Assembly (NCBI GenBank): GCA_010405405.1
Contig: MU004245.1
Location: 71,256 to 119,596, forward strand
Direction of reading: 5' to 3'
Source of the DNA: Microthyrium microscopicum
Taxonomy: Eukaryota
Length of the DNA: 48,341 nt
Shown piece by piece: positions 12,385 to 23,622 of this stretch. Under the pieces are notes generated by a model. That model was not told where the DNA came from. It was given only the letters and a program-made list of their open reading frames with translations, and searched no databases. The translations under genes were made by a program, and so were the position numbers. Each line of letters opens with the position of its first letter. The first letter of the stretch is position 1.

Positions 12385-12706
12385 AGCAAGGCAGGCATCA
12401 GCAACGGTCTGGGACCCTGCGCCGAAGTGATGAACTTCACTGTACCACGTGTGATAGGAAATCCGAAGCATTCTGTCAACGCAGCGCTGATGGTAACCAT
12501 CCCCTTTGATCGAGGGTATCATTGATTTTGCTAGTTAGTCCATAGAATTCAGAATGTCATATGAGTCACAAGTTTCGCTATCAATTTGATCAAAGTATGA
12601 ATTGGGCTATACCCTCAACTCCGCAGGATGAACCCTTTTACCATGCAGCAGTACCTAAGGTACCTGACTATAACAAACCCGCAGCACATGTCAACTGACA
12701 ATCATG

Positions 12707-13632
12707 CTAGTACCGTTTGCCCTCTCTCAGCGTATCCGCGTACTCCTCGAGCGGACTACGCACCAACTTTGTCTCCTTCCATAGATTGGGTGTAAGGAAC
12801 CCGTAAGTGTTGGAAACAGCCTGGAATGTAGCCTTGAGTGTATTTTCGAGAGTCTTGGTGGAACCGGCAGAGGCAGTGTAGGAATCAGAGACACCAGCAA
12901 GTTCGAGCAGACGCTTGACAGCTGGAGAAGCGACAAGGCCAGTACCGCGAGGAGCTGGAATGAGCTGAACACTTATTAGTTCGTGGCCAGAATGATTCAA
13001 CACGTAGACTTACTCGGACTGTGACAGATCCACACTTTCCACTCTCCTTTGTAGGCAGAGTGTGAGGCTCACCAAGGTTGGTACCCCAATAACCTCTACG
13101 GATTGGCACGACGCTGAGCTTTGCGATGATGATGGCAGCACGAATAGCTGTTGCGACTTCCTTGGAAGTCTTGATTCCGAGACCAACATGTCCCTCGGAG
13201 TCGCCAATGACGACGATAGCCTTGAATCGAGTACGTTGACCGGCGCGAGTTTGTTTCTGGACTGGCTTGATCTGTAGCGTATCGCAAATAAGTAATTGTT
13301 CCCGTGGATGCTCATATCAGAGCAAAGTCCCGACTCTAACGTACCTTCATGACCTCATCCTTGAGCTTTGGTAGGAAAAAGTCCACGATTTGGTACTCTT
13401 TGATGGGCAGCGAATGGAGATAGATTTCCTCCATGCTCTTGATTTTGCCAGCCTTGACGAGGCGTCCAAGCTTGGTGACGGGTTGCCATTCCTTCTCGTC
13501 ACTCTTTCCACCACCACGGCGTCCGCGACCACGTCCACGACCACGACCGCGATCACCACGTCCACGATCTCCGAATCCACCTCGTCCGGCTGGTGCTGCT
13601 GCGCCGGCGGCGGGAGGAGCTGCGTCAGCCAT
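12707..13632 (-). CDS. rps2: 40S ribosomal protein S2 (uS5)
   Basis: Exons 13345-13632, 13014-13271 and 12707-12964 give 267 aa. RG-rich N-terminus, then [31 protein letters not shown] and [14 protein letters not shown]. Confidence 0.98.
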
Positions 13633-13660
13633 GTTTGGTTATGTCAGAGGGATGGGTAGG

Positions 13661-13742
13661 CTGTTAACAGATTATTTGTTAGCTGTGGGTTGAGAAAATG
13701 TCCAATTTTTGGAACAGGAAGTAATTCGGGGGCTCTGCATAC
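13661..13742 (-). other. Probable 5'-UTR intron of rps2
   Basis: Minus strand reads GTATGC...GCTAAC...AACAG (82 nt) and ends 28 nt upstream of the ATG. Confidence 0.7.
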
Positions 13743-13947
13743 CAATCAATATCACAATTGAATGCTCGTCTGCTCAATGATGAAGGGAGTGAGAGTGTAT
13801 CGAATTTGGTGTTAGCGGTCGCGAATTTCCAAGCCGAAGTGTGGAAAGCTTGGCAAATCAGCGGGTCCGGAGTATGGCAATATGATTTTCCGCGTATATA
13901 CCCGCGCGCTTATTGAGGAAGCTGTCGAAAACCGCCAGCAGGCTTTG

Positions 13948-14173
13948 TTGACGCGATGATGATCTTGCTCCTCTGCGGTAAATTGGATTGGTCGTTAAGC
14001 TGCTGCCTGTGTAGTTTGAGCGGGATCTAGATCCATTGCATGGTCATATGTATCGATAAGCAGTAACAACGAGGACCTCATCAACGTCTTGCCCGTGGCC
14101 TCTTCGTCAGCCTGGACTTCATGGTCCGAATTTTCTGGACCATCAGAGTTGTGGAACTCTACTGAGCCGTCAA
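13948..14173 (+). ncRNA. Candidate long (~225 nt) box C/D snoRNA
   Basis: Box C ATGATGA at 13956-13962 and box D CTGA at 14162-14165 are closed by a terminal stem TTGACG/CGTCAA. Internal hairpins include ATGGTCC...GGACCAT and AGAGTT-GTGG-AACTCT. TATATA lies at ~13896. No ORF is listed in this interval. Confidence 0.6.
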
Positions 14174-15811
14174 AATTGTCTGTAGAATCCGAATGATCCG
14201 TTCGGCGTCAATCATACCGGAGCTAGCCTGGCTGCTTTTGCTGTCACATACTCTTCTGTGGTCTGCGGAGACCAAAACTGCGTAACTTCACCATGTGCAA
14301 GCCTGGCCACGCTTCTTCGGCAACAACTACGCGACTAAGGCAGTCATGATTGAACCATAAAGACAGTGTGTAAACACTATCCTCACTGCAACACCATCGT
14401 AACTGCTGGACACCCTCAAAGTATCTCCGCCGCCGAACTCCACATTGTCGGTCTTTGATCTAGGAAACCTCGTGGAGTACAACTGCACAATCCTCCAGCT
14501 CCTTCATCACTTTCAGTCCTGTCAGCATCAAACACCCCGCAAGCACAAGATCCAATGAACCAACTCTGTTGTTCCTATTTCTGCCCTTTCCATCACCTTT
14601 CCGAAATCCGGAGTCTTTCCGTCTACGCGCAGGTTCTGATTCTCCTCGAACCTCCAAAGATATGGTCAATCGCAGAGAAGCGCGTTGTGTCAATCAACGA
14701 TGAACATCGCAGATGCGATGAAATCTATAACGCGCGCACGAGGTAAATCAACAAGAAAGATTCGCTGATACTTTGGTTGAGGTCAGAGCAAACCCCAGAA
14801 GTCCCGGGAATTGATCTCCGTTAGGGCGCGAGCAACCGTATCGTTGGCATAGCTTCCAAAGACTCTTGGGACGACGAGGCCAATGCATGGTACTATAAGC
14901 TATACTGTGTGGCGGCTCGCGATAAAGCCAGTGTCCAATGCCATATGCCTCCACCAGAGGGCACTACAGATCCTTCGGTCGCTATCTTGGAAGGTGAGCC
15001 CCGAAAGTTTCAAACAACAGCGCATACAAGAAGACGCAGAAGCAGGGGACCTATCAAACAGCATCGCCTTCATGGATGTGACGATGACGATAATGACGAT
15101 GATGCTCCTACTCCTACCACCAGCCTGCCGCTACGAATTGGAACAAATCCTGCTTTATTCGATACTGTTTGTGGCTCTGGGGCTTCAGACGACAAAGCCG
15201 TAGAGGCCAGCGAAGCCATGAAGACCAGTGGTGAGAATGACAAGGCCGAGGAGAGCAGCAGCTTGAATGAAGAACCCAATCATATGGATATGCTGGAAAA
15301 TGAACCAACCTGATTTCCAAATCGAAAGACGTGGTTGCTGAAGGTTTGCAGATTTGTCAGACGAAGCATCAGTAACAGGTAGCAGACGAGAAATACTAAT
15401 TTTAATGATAATTCCATGTGTGCCATCTTTGCGTGCTGTGGATAAGTACATGCCTATCACAATAGATGGCCTATCTATCCTATTGATTTGAAAACGAGTG
15501 ACAAAATTTCAAAGAGGGAAAAAGCGCTTAAAACAAATGAATTATTTTGATAGCAGACTGCTGAAACTTGTGCTATTTTTAAATATCTTTTGGCTAAAAT
15601 TGCGCGATCAAGGCAAGAGCGATGGTGGTTAATGCAAAGTGAATACCGGTACCACCCCTGCTCATTTTTTAGCTTCACCATTTGAAGATCAAAGTCTCAA
15701 GTCACAACCTCGCCGATGGACTTCCAAAGCGCTTGAAGCTTGAAGCTCGACTCTCAACTTTCAACTTGAATTTCAACCCATCTTTTACATATCAATCTCT
15801 ACTTCCGAACC

Positions 15812-16507
15812 ATGGATCCAGACTCTCGTACTCTCGAGCAATTGCGCCAGCGCCTCGTCACCTTAAGCAAGACCTTACACGATCTCAAAGTCCAAACCGA
15901 ATTCTCTCCAGTCGACCAGCCCACATGGTAAAGCCTATAGTACTGAAGACAAGGCCGCGCACTCTAACTCAACCGCAGGGACGACATCACCATCGCCTAC
16001 AATACACTCGCCAGCCAACTCTCCCGTCTCCAAGCCTACCTCAACGACGCCGACCGCGTCGACTTTCTGCGCGCATGCCACCCCTACCCAAACTCGACCT
16101 TTCCAGCCACCCAAGAAGTACAGCTCAACATGCTGATGCGCAAACAACTCGAGCCCACCATCAGCAGCTGGCAAGAGCGCCTGCGCGATGAAGGTGCGAA
16201 GCTGGAAGCGGGCAAGTTGGGCGATATGCGCCGCGATCAGTGGCTGGAGCTATGGGACTGGGCGGTTCTGAATGGAAGCGAGATTGCGAAAGAGGAGCTG
16301 CATGCTACTGATTTGGGGCAAGATTTTGACGATGAGGAGGAAGACGATGACGAGATGGAGATTGAGAAGGACACGCCGTTGGCGGACAAAGTAGCTGCTG
16401 CAGTGGCGGCGAAACGAGAGGCTATGATGAATATGTCTGATTTGATGAAGGCTACAGGGTCGGGCGAGGTATCTAGACCACCCCCGATGGCGCCTGCTAG
16501 TCGATGA
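15812..16507 (+). CDS. med8: Mediator of RNA polymerase II transcription subunit 8
   Basis: Exons 15812-15927 and 15979-16507. Motifs LEQLRQRL...QPTW...YPNSTFPATQEVQLNMLMRKQLEPTISSW match the fungal Med8 pattern; acidic tail. Confidence 0.85.
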
Positions 16508-16644
16508 AAACCACATGCCATGCGCTTTCAAAGACTATGATCTTGAGCGGCGATTTAAAGCTTATATAGGATACCCAAATGTCACGATGTATGAAACCAT
16601 TATACAATATCTCAAGACTTAAACAATTACATTACGTATGTCTA

Positions 16645-17557
16645 TTAAGCGCGGCGACGAGTCGTTGGTCCTTTGCGCGAAGGGGCCTCGAGTGGAATCG
16701 ACTCGGCCTTTTCGTTTTGCACGCGAATCTTAGGGATGTTCTTCTTCGCGGAAGACTTGGCTGGTGTATTCCAATAGTATAGAACCTGACCTGCAAGGAC
16801 CAAGTTGAGCGCAAAGCCAGCAATGTATCCGTACAAGATAACGGGGTCGTTGACTTCTTGCAATGTGGTGAAGATGCGTGAAAGCGAACCGAAGAGGAAA
16901 TTGAAGACCTAGAATCGCATTAGTCTCGGAGTAGCTTCATTACACAGGTAGTCAACATACCGCAAACGAGCTCAATTGTCCTGTGCTGCCTTCGCGCCAA
17001 ATCGTCGCAATTTGTGGAACCTTGCTTGCAATGCCCAATACGCCCGCGCCGGCCTGTAGCATGCTCATTGTGTTCATATCAATCACGCCTGGAGCAAACA
17101 GCGCATATGCCGCCGCAGCTAGACCCGCAATGAAGACGGCCGCTCCGGTGCTTTGTCCGCCATAGTGTAGCACCAGACTAGCGATAGCGACATTTTGCAC
17201 AGCAATGAAAGCATTCTCGCCATACGTGCTGAACGGATTGCCCATGCGCGCATTGTAGGCAAGGGTAATCACGTATGCTGCCGTTTCCAACAGATATGAT
17301 AACAGGCTGATTCCGGATGCGCTCTTGGAGTGTACGAGGTTGTATAGCTGTGGAAGCTTCACTATCGCCGAAACACCAACGATTCCGATTCCGAGAGCTT
17401 TGCTGACTGCAAGCTTGAGGCAGGCTGTGTCGGTAAGGTCAACATTGAGGATGATGTTGGCGTAGCATTTTGGGCCGAGAATGTTGATGCCTATGTCGCG
17501 GATTGGGGTGGGAAGGTTCTGCGTTACGGGCTTGACGACACCGCGTAAGACATCCAT
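16645..17557 (-). CDS. mpdu1: PQ-loop protein, mannose-P-dolichol utilization defect 1 (MPDU1/Lec35) homolog
   Basis: Exons 16961-17557 and 16645-16908 give 286 aa. Two PQ loops (IVKLPQL, ASKVPQI), PFSTYGE and STGQLSSFAVFNFLFGSLSRIFTTLQEV. Confidence 0.92.
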
Positions 17558-18315
17558 GATCGCGTTTGAGCGTTCGAGGAGGCAACGGTAGACGAAGGGT
17601 TATCGAGTTGAAGGATGTTGTTCGTTTGGTTTCGTTTTGTACTTTGAATGGTAAATACGACACTTGTCACTGCCATAAAAAGCAACCATCACGTGGCGTT
17701 TAAATTCGGGGTGGTGTTTTCCTTTCGAACTTCAACGAAGTCATTTCTCCAACTTCACTTCAACAACCCTTTACATCTCTTAGTACCAAATATAATTTCC
17801 CAGGAAATCTATCTTCTTATTATTGTATTCTGACTTTTTACGTGCATTACTTTTGACGGGTCGTAAATAGACCGGCTCGCAACCTGTACACCCATGGACT
17901 TGTGTTTTCACCATGGAGATGAATGGCTTCTCTCTTCTATTCGAAGTAAGACGGGCTCGATAAATGCATTGCTATTTGATTGGCAATAAGCTCGCTTCGA
18001 TTGATCAACACGCCTGATGTATTCATTTGATTCACTGTTGGCAGTTGCGTTCTTCGAGTCCAATCTACCTGTTAGGTATGGTACCTAGTAGGTGGATTAG
18101 TATGGGTTGAACTACGGTACAATAGCTGGTCAACTCTGGTAGCATCTTCTGATTGATAGCCCAAGATTTCAGTTGCTCCTCCTTGGTATAAAGTTAAGAG
18201 TCACGAATTCTTTTTTTTCTTTGCCGTTTCTCAAGCTTACATCTGCGCCATCATCTCATATAGGACTCAAAGCTTTCAAGATTGTTCGAACACTTTCATA
18301 TCTTCGGCAGCCAAT

Positions 18316-19272
18316 ATGCTTTTTGGATACTGGAAAACCGGAGAAAGTTATAATGCTCCTTGGATCAATGGAGAAAAGGGACGGCAGCCTACTCCTTGTG
18401 CTCCTCATCAAGATCCACCACCAATTTTCGACAAGCGCGGCCTATTCATTCCTCACCTCACAAAATGGAAGCCAAACCTCAATTTCACATCGGATTTCTG
18501 GAAAAAGCAACAGTTCTTCACTCGCGGTGGGTCTGCTGCCGGCCATGCAAAGCAATTATCCACAATTCCTACGTCCGCTTTCCGACAGATTCGACGCCTT
18601 TGCCTGGACTATGGACCCATATTCACCGCCAAGTTTAAGCACACAAAAAGCCTAGATGCCCAACTTGAAGACTTCGATCAGATATTGAAATACTGCTTTT
18701 CTCATGGGCATTCAGATTTGATCATCAAAATCGTTTACCGGACCCTCTTGACAGACCCCTGCACCTTCGATGACGATGCTGAGGCGCACGAAATTTGCTG
18801 GCATCCACGCCTTTGCTGGGAGGGAAAATGTGAATATCGTGTTGAGCCGGCTCAGCTATTTTTGGAGTTCAAAGACAAGTTCAGGCGCAGATTTTCTCAG
18901 GATCGCGTGGTTTTGGCTCCTCTGATCACTTGGACCAATTCTGAATCCACTACTTTGGCATTCCACAACACCCAGGACATGCTTCAACAATGGGAACAAT
19001 ACGAAGACCTATATAAGCAACTCGGAAAGCGAGAGATCCGGAAAGCAAAGGCTTTCCCACCAGATAGAAAGCTAGAGGGATTTTTTGACGAAGTGGAGCT
19101 GGCAACAATGGTGCCTTCTATTTTGACTGAAGTCATTCCACTGGATGGCATCGCGGAGGCTAGAGAATCTTTTGAATACGTCGATCTATATGGCGATAAA
19201 GAAAGACTTCTACGTGTCAGGAAAGATATGGACGAAATGATGCACAACTTCAAGGTGTCACAAAAGTTATGA
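18316..19272 (+). CDS. Hypothetical protein (318 aa)
   Basis: 957-nt ATG-initiated ORF with globular-protein composition. No family recognised; upstream exons are possible. Confidence 0.6.
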   Translation: MLFGYWKTGESYNAPWINGEKGRQPTPCAPHQDPPPIFDKRGLFIPHLTKWKPNLNFTSDFWKKQQFFTRGGSAAGHAKQLSTIPTSAFRQIRRLCLDYGPIFTAKFKHTKSLDAQLEDFDQILKYCFSHGHSDLIIKIVYRTLLTDPCTFDDDAEAHEICWHPRLCWEGKCEYRVEPAQLFLEFKDKFRRRFSQDRVVLAPLITWTNSESTTLAFHNTQDMLQQWEQYEDLYKQLGKREIRKAKAFPPDRKLEGFFDEVELATMVPSILTEVIPLDGIAEARESFEYVDLYGDKERLLRVRKDMDEMMHNFKVSQKL

Positions 19273-19617
19273 GACCTCGATATCAAGTTCGGATGATGAG
19301 CAAGGCATCACGGGTCGACAAAACAAGCGGCACACACTCCATCAAGTGTGATATCTACCATCTGCTGCGCTTAATGCTTGGGTACTTTAGCTCCACTTGG
19401 GTCTTGAATGGGTGAAACTCTTCTCCCTTCGAAGGCTCTGGAAAATTAGGAATCTCGTCTGTCAACAAAGTGCGGTGAGCGATATCTGAGCTGATGGGAA
19501 CTCGTTATTTGCTTTGTCAAGGGGCCTTGAGCTAAGTACAAATGATTTTTTTTGCCTAAACACTGTCTGTATATCCCTCTACTCACTTGTTGCGACTTCG
19601 AGCCTTTACTCAGCTCT

Positions 19618-20233
19618 CTAGACGGCCCAAACTCCAACTACCAGATCTCCATTTCCATTTGTGTCCTAGGCCAAGTTAGCTTCATATTGTCATGGGAAGG
19701 TTCCAACGTTGGAGGTTCTCTCAGTGCACTTGAAGCGCTGCCTCGCTACCTTGGGAACTTATCACCAATACCTAGCTCGAAAAAGCAATCGGGTTCGAAC
19801 TTACTCCCTTGCCTAGCCCATCGATTAGCCATCAAATCTGCCAGACTGACACAAACTTACCGGAACAAATCTTTTGGACATTATTGATGCAACAAAACTC
19901 CACCACAATCTTAAGTCCCAACGCGACGTCTTTGCAAAGGGAACGTGTTCCTGCTTTCAGAGATATTCCTACGACTTTAGTGTTTCCTGACTGGCAAAAG
20001 GTAATCATGTCCGAGTCGCCAGTTCCACACCATTCTTCACCTCTGGCAAATAAAAAGTCCATGCAATCATAGGCCTCGTCTCTATTGCCTGGTGGCCCAG
20101 CTCTGCCAGCACAGATCGGCCTTGGTATATTGAGATTGGCGTCGATTGTAGCATTGTCGGAAGCCGTGGGCGCGGCGCTGATACATGTGGCTAGGAGGAA
20201 AGTGATAAAACTAAGAGATATGCGTTTGAACAT
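19618..20233 (-). CDS. Small secreted cysteine-rich protein (142 aa), candidate effector
   Basis: Signal peptide MFKRISLSFITFLLATCISA and 8 Cys in the mature part. Exons 19861-20233, 19805-19812 (8 nt) and 19618-19665. Both introns have GTAAGT donors, GCTAAY branch points and TAG acceptors. The spliced end reads CSGKGDTNGNGDLVVGVWAV*. Confidence 0.8.
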
Positions 20234-21439
20234 TTTCAGTGCTGTCGCTGAGAATTAACAAAGGGCGGTTTACTTCTCCATCCCTTCGAGTGATAGCATA
20301 ATGTCCACATTCTTATACTACAACTGATGTAATTGTTTGCTCTCCTACACCGAGAGTTTCGCCCAGTTGTATAATGTTGCTCTAATTTGGCTCATTGCTC
20401 TAGACAAGATATGGTATAGTGTGGGTGACATTAATGGTCATTCAGTCATCCAAAATGGACTAGGAAAGTGTTACAAGGAAATCTAGTCTTATCTGCAATA
20501 TCACGCGTACAATTTGATTGTACGCCGAGTTCGATTTTGTGCTCTTAATACCAACTTCGCTCTTTCAATTCAGCACGAAGGTCAAGCCAAGAGGTGTAGC
20601 TTTCGTGTTCCACCATCAAACAAACAGTGAAGACATACTGCGTTCGAATGAGCTCACCAGGGGTATCATAGTCTTACTTCTCCCATGTCAACTTTTCTGA
20701 TCTTAATATATTGTCATTGAAGCGATAGACGAAGGCGGAAAGAGGCCTCGGGTAAAGCAAACATTCATAGATGGTTTGAATAACTACCTCAGTACTCAAG
20801 TAGTTTTCGGTACCACGTCTTACTTGCTATATACGTAGAAGTCGACGCTTGACCAGCGATGGCACACTTTCTATAAGCACTGTGCTTCGCTACTCCAACA
20901 TGACTGCAATACTCTCCTAGCTGAAAGCCTCGCACCCAGTTTGCCAGTCTCTACCATCGCGAAGAAATTGCAGCATATACGTTGTTCCCCATCTTACCTG
21001 ATCAATTGGCTTTCCATGAGAAAATAATGTGCACAAATTGACACCTTCATAGCATTAAAATGTCTCAAGGTCTGATAACATACTCCATGAATGCCCATCC
21101 TTCAACAGTTGCTTTGATCTCTTGGAAATCTCTATTATGTGTACCTAAAGATTATAAATTTTTGAGTTCAATTATTCAAAGTTAAGGAAAATTAAATGGA
21201 TAATCTAGATATTTCCAACAACACTCTACTCTAACATTCTTCATTGGCAGACTCGTGCATAAATGCACCGCCACAGAAGGCTCGAAGCCTGCTCTTTTCT
21301 GTCAAGGCATCTCTATCTCGCACCAACCTCCTGTCACTTCATTCGGCGAGCCCTTTAGATCAGTCCTTCGGCCTTTGTGATATCCATATCAGGCGCCTTT
21401 TGGATACACAAAGCAGATCGGAAATTCAAAGATATCAGT

Positions 21440-23299
21440 ATGAGGCTCATCGATACTACGACTGGCGAGCTGTCCTACTTTATGGCAGACATTCCTCCAT
21501 ATGCTATATTGTCGCACACCTGGGTACCCGGCGAAGAAATGTCTCTTCGAGAATATGAGCTCACCTTCACGTCTGGCCATGATTCGCGTACCTCCGAACT
21601 CATTGCGAAACTGAAACTAAAATCAGGATACGGCAAGATACAGAAATGTCTCCGACTTGCAAAGTCTCAAGGCATAGAATGGGCTTGGATCGACACCTGC
21701 AGTATCGACAAAACAAGTAGCGCTGAGTTGTCTGAAGCTATCAATTCCATGTTCAAGTGGTACAAGAACGCAGATGTTTGCTATGTCTATCTGGAAGACG
21801 TTCATGTGGTGGGATCTGCCTTAAAAGATCTAAATCTACTAGATGTCAGTCACGATTTCTATCAAACAAAATGGTTCACCCGAGGCTGGACACTCCAAGA
21901 GTTGATCGCGCCTTTGAATCTTCAATTCTACTCTAGTGACTGGGATTTTATAGCCACAAAATCTGCAATCGCTGACATACTGACCCGTGCTACTGGTATT
22001 CCCACCGAAGCACTTCTCAACGGCACCACCAGCAGATGGAGCGTTTCCCAAAGGATGTCCTGGGCTGCCCACCGCACTACAACTAGGACTGAGGATATGG
22101 CATACTGCCTTTTAGGCCTTTTCGACCTTCAAATGCCGATGCTCTACGGCGAAGGTAGCAAAGCTTTTATTCGACTTCAAGAACAGATCGCTGCTACCAT
22201 CGAAGATCATTCCATATTTGCCTGGCAGGCTAGTGGAAACACTATGAGCCCGCAAGATAAGATATCCAATCATAGAGGATTATTTGCCCGTCATCCGTCG
22301 GAATTTGCAGATGGTAGGTTGCTGTCACCTAACTATACTGACCTGTCAAGAAGCTCCATTCAATGGGGACTGATGAGCAAGGGCTTTCATCTCAATCTCC
22401 CGTTAATATCATGGAAAGAGGCACAAGAGCTACCAGATGCTTTAAGTCCTTTCAGGATCGACGGTCAGGAGCGTGTCTACGACACTCCCAAGGAAAATCG
22501 CGACGTCGTTGCGGTCTTGTCCTGTAGGAGGGAGCTGGACTACGTAGGAATCTGGCTTACTCCGCTGGGCAACGATAATCGGTTCGCAAGAGTGCGAGTT
22601 CACGAACTCGTTTACCTCACTCCAAAAATGCCACGGAGCTTCTTTGACGGGCTGAAAGAGCATGCTAAGGATGTGTGGGTCAATAATCTATCTAATTTAT
22701 CACAACTCTACTCCTCTGCAAGAACTGGCGGCTTGTATCTTCCTCGGATGTCTTCTAAACTGGAGTCGGAAATGATAGTGATCAGCAGACCTGGTAAGAT
22801 ATTCCTTTCCTATTCTTCTTCTATTAATTCTTCTACTGGAATGGCGCCATCTCGGTACTATCCGATTGTAAGCTGTTGGACGGCCGGTCTCCTCTTCCAT
22901 ACGATCTATGTTTATTAGCTAATCAATATAGACACTTGGAATCCCAAAAAGCGCACAATTAGAAACCGAGGTTCAACAATGATACGAAACGGTGGCTGGC
23001 TAGCTACAATAGTATTCCCCCAATTCTTTGCACCAAGAATGATCATTTTCGGCTATCTACATGGCGATTCGCAGCTGGCGTACGCAGTACTTGATAGTGA
23101 TCAAGCTAGAGCCGAGCACGACTATCAAATAGATTTCACACTAGCAAAGCGGGATTTTGGCCTGACAAACAGTTCTGGAACAGTGAGATTTATCTTGAGG
23201 GATGGAGACGAAAGCGTGCGATACAACTGCGAAATAGGCAGCGTGGTCGTTCACGACATCCTTCTTACCAGATTCACCATTTCACAGTCCAAACATTGA
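21440..23299 (+). CDS. HET-domain (heterokaryon incompatibility, PF06985-type) protein
   Basis: MRLIDT...PPYAILSHTW...WAWIDTCSIDKTSSAELSEAINSMFKWY...WFTRGWTLQELIAP...RMSWAAHRTTTRTEDMAYCLLGLF...YGEGSKAFIRLQ. Intron 22794-22931 joins in frame to ORF 22979-23299. Confidence 0.92.
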
Positions 23300-23622
23300 A
23301 GCAACGAATGTCTGGACGAGGTATACTCAGTGAAAACTCGAAAATCGATTAGATTGTATGTCCAATTTAGCCTGCTTTGGAGCCTGCTTTGGGGATTGGA
23401 AGCTTCCTTGTTTCTTTACAGCAACTATGGGAGAATTATTCAAACTGACCAATTCGTTTCGTCCTAGCCACGACAGGATCAACGTAGAATGGGCTGTAGA
23501 CTTGCGAGGAATCTATTAAATGTGAGATTTCTCATTCAATGGGGATCCGTCGGGATGCCCATAGCAGTCTATATACAAAATTTATACACAAGAACTATAA
23601 AGCCACCATCATTATCATACAC

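Noticed and set aside
14290..15313. Possible gene made from ORFs 14555-14746 and 14909-15313
   Set aside because: I could not build a consistent spliced model. The longer ORF starts at GTG, is low-complexity and has no recognisable domain.
13750..15800. Telomerase RNA in the long rps2-med8 interval
   Set aside because: No TAACCCTAA-type template was seen on either strand.
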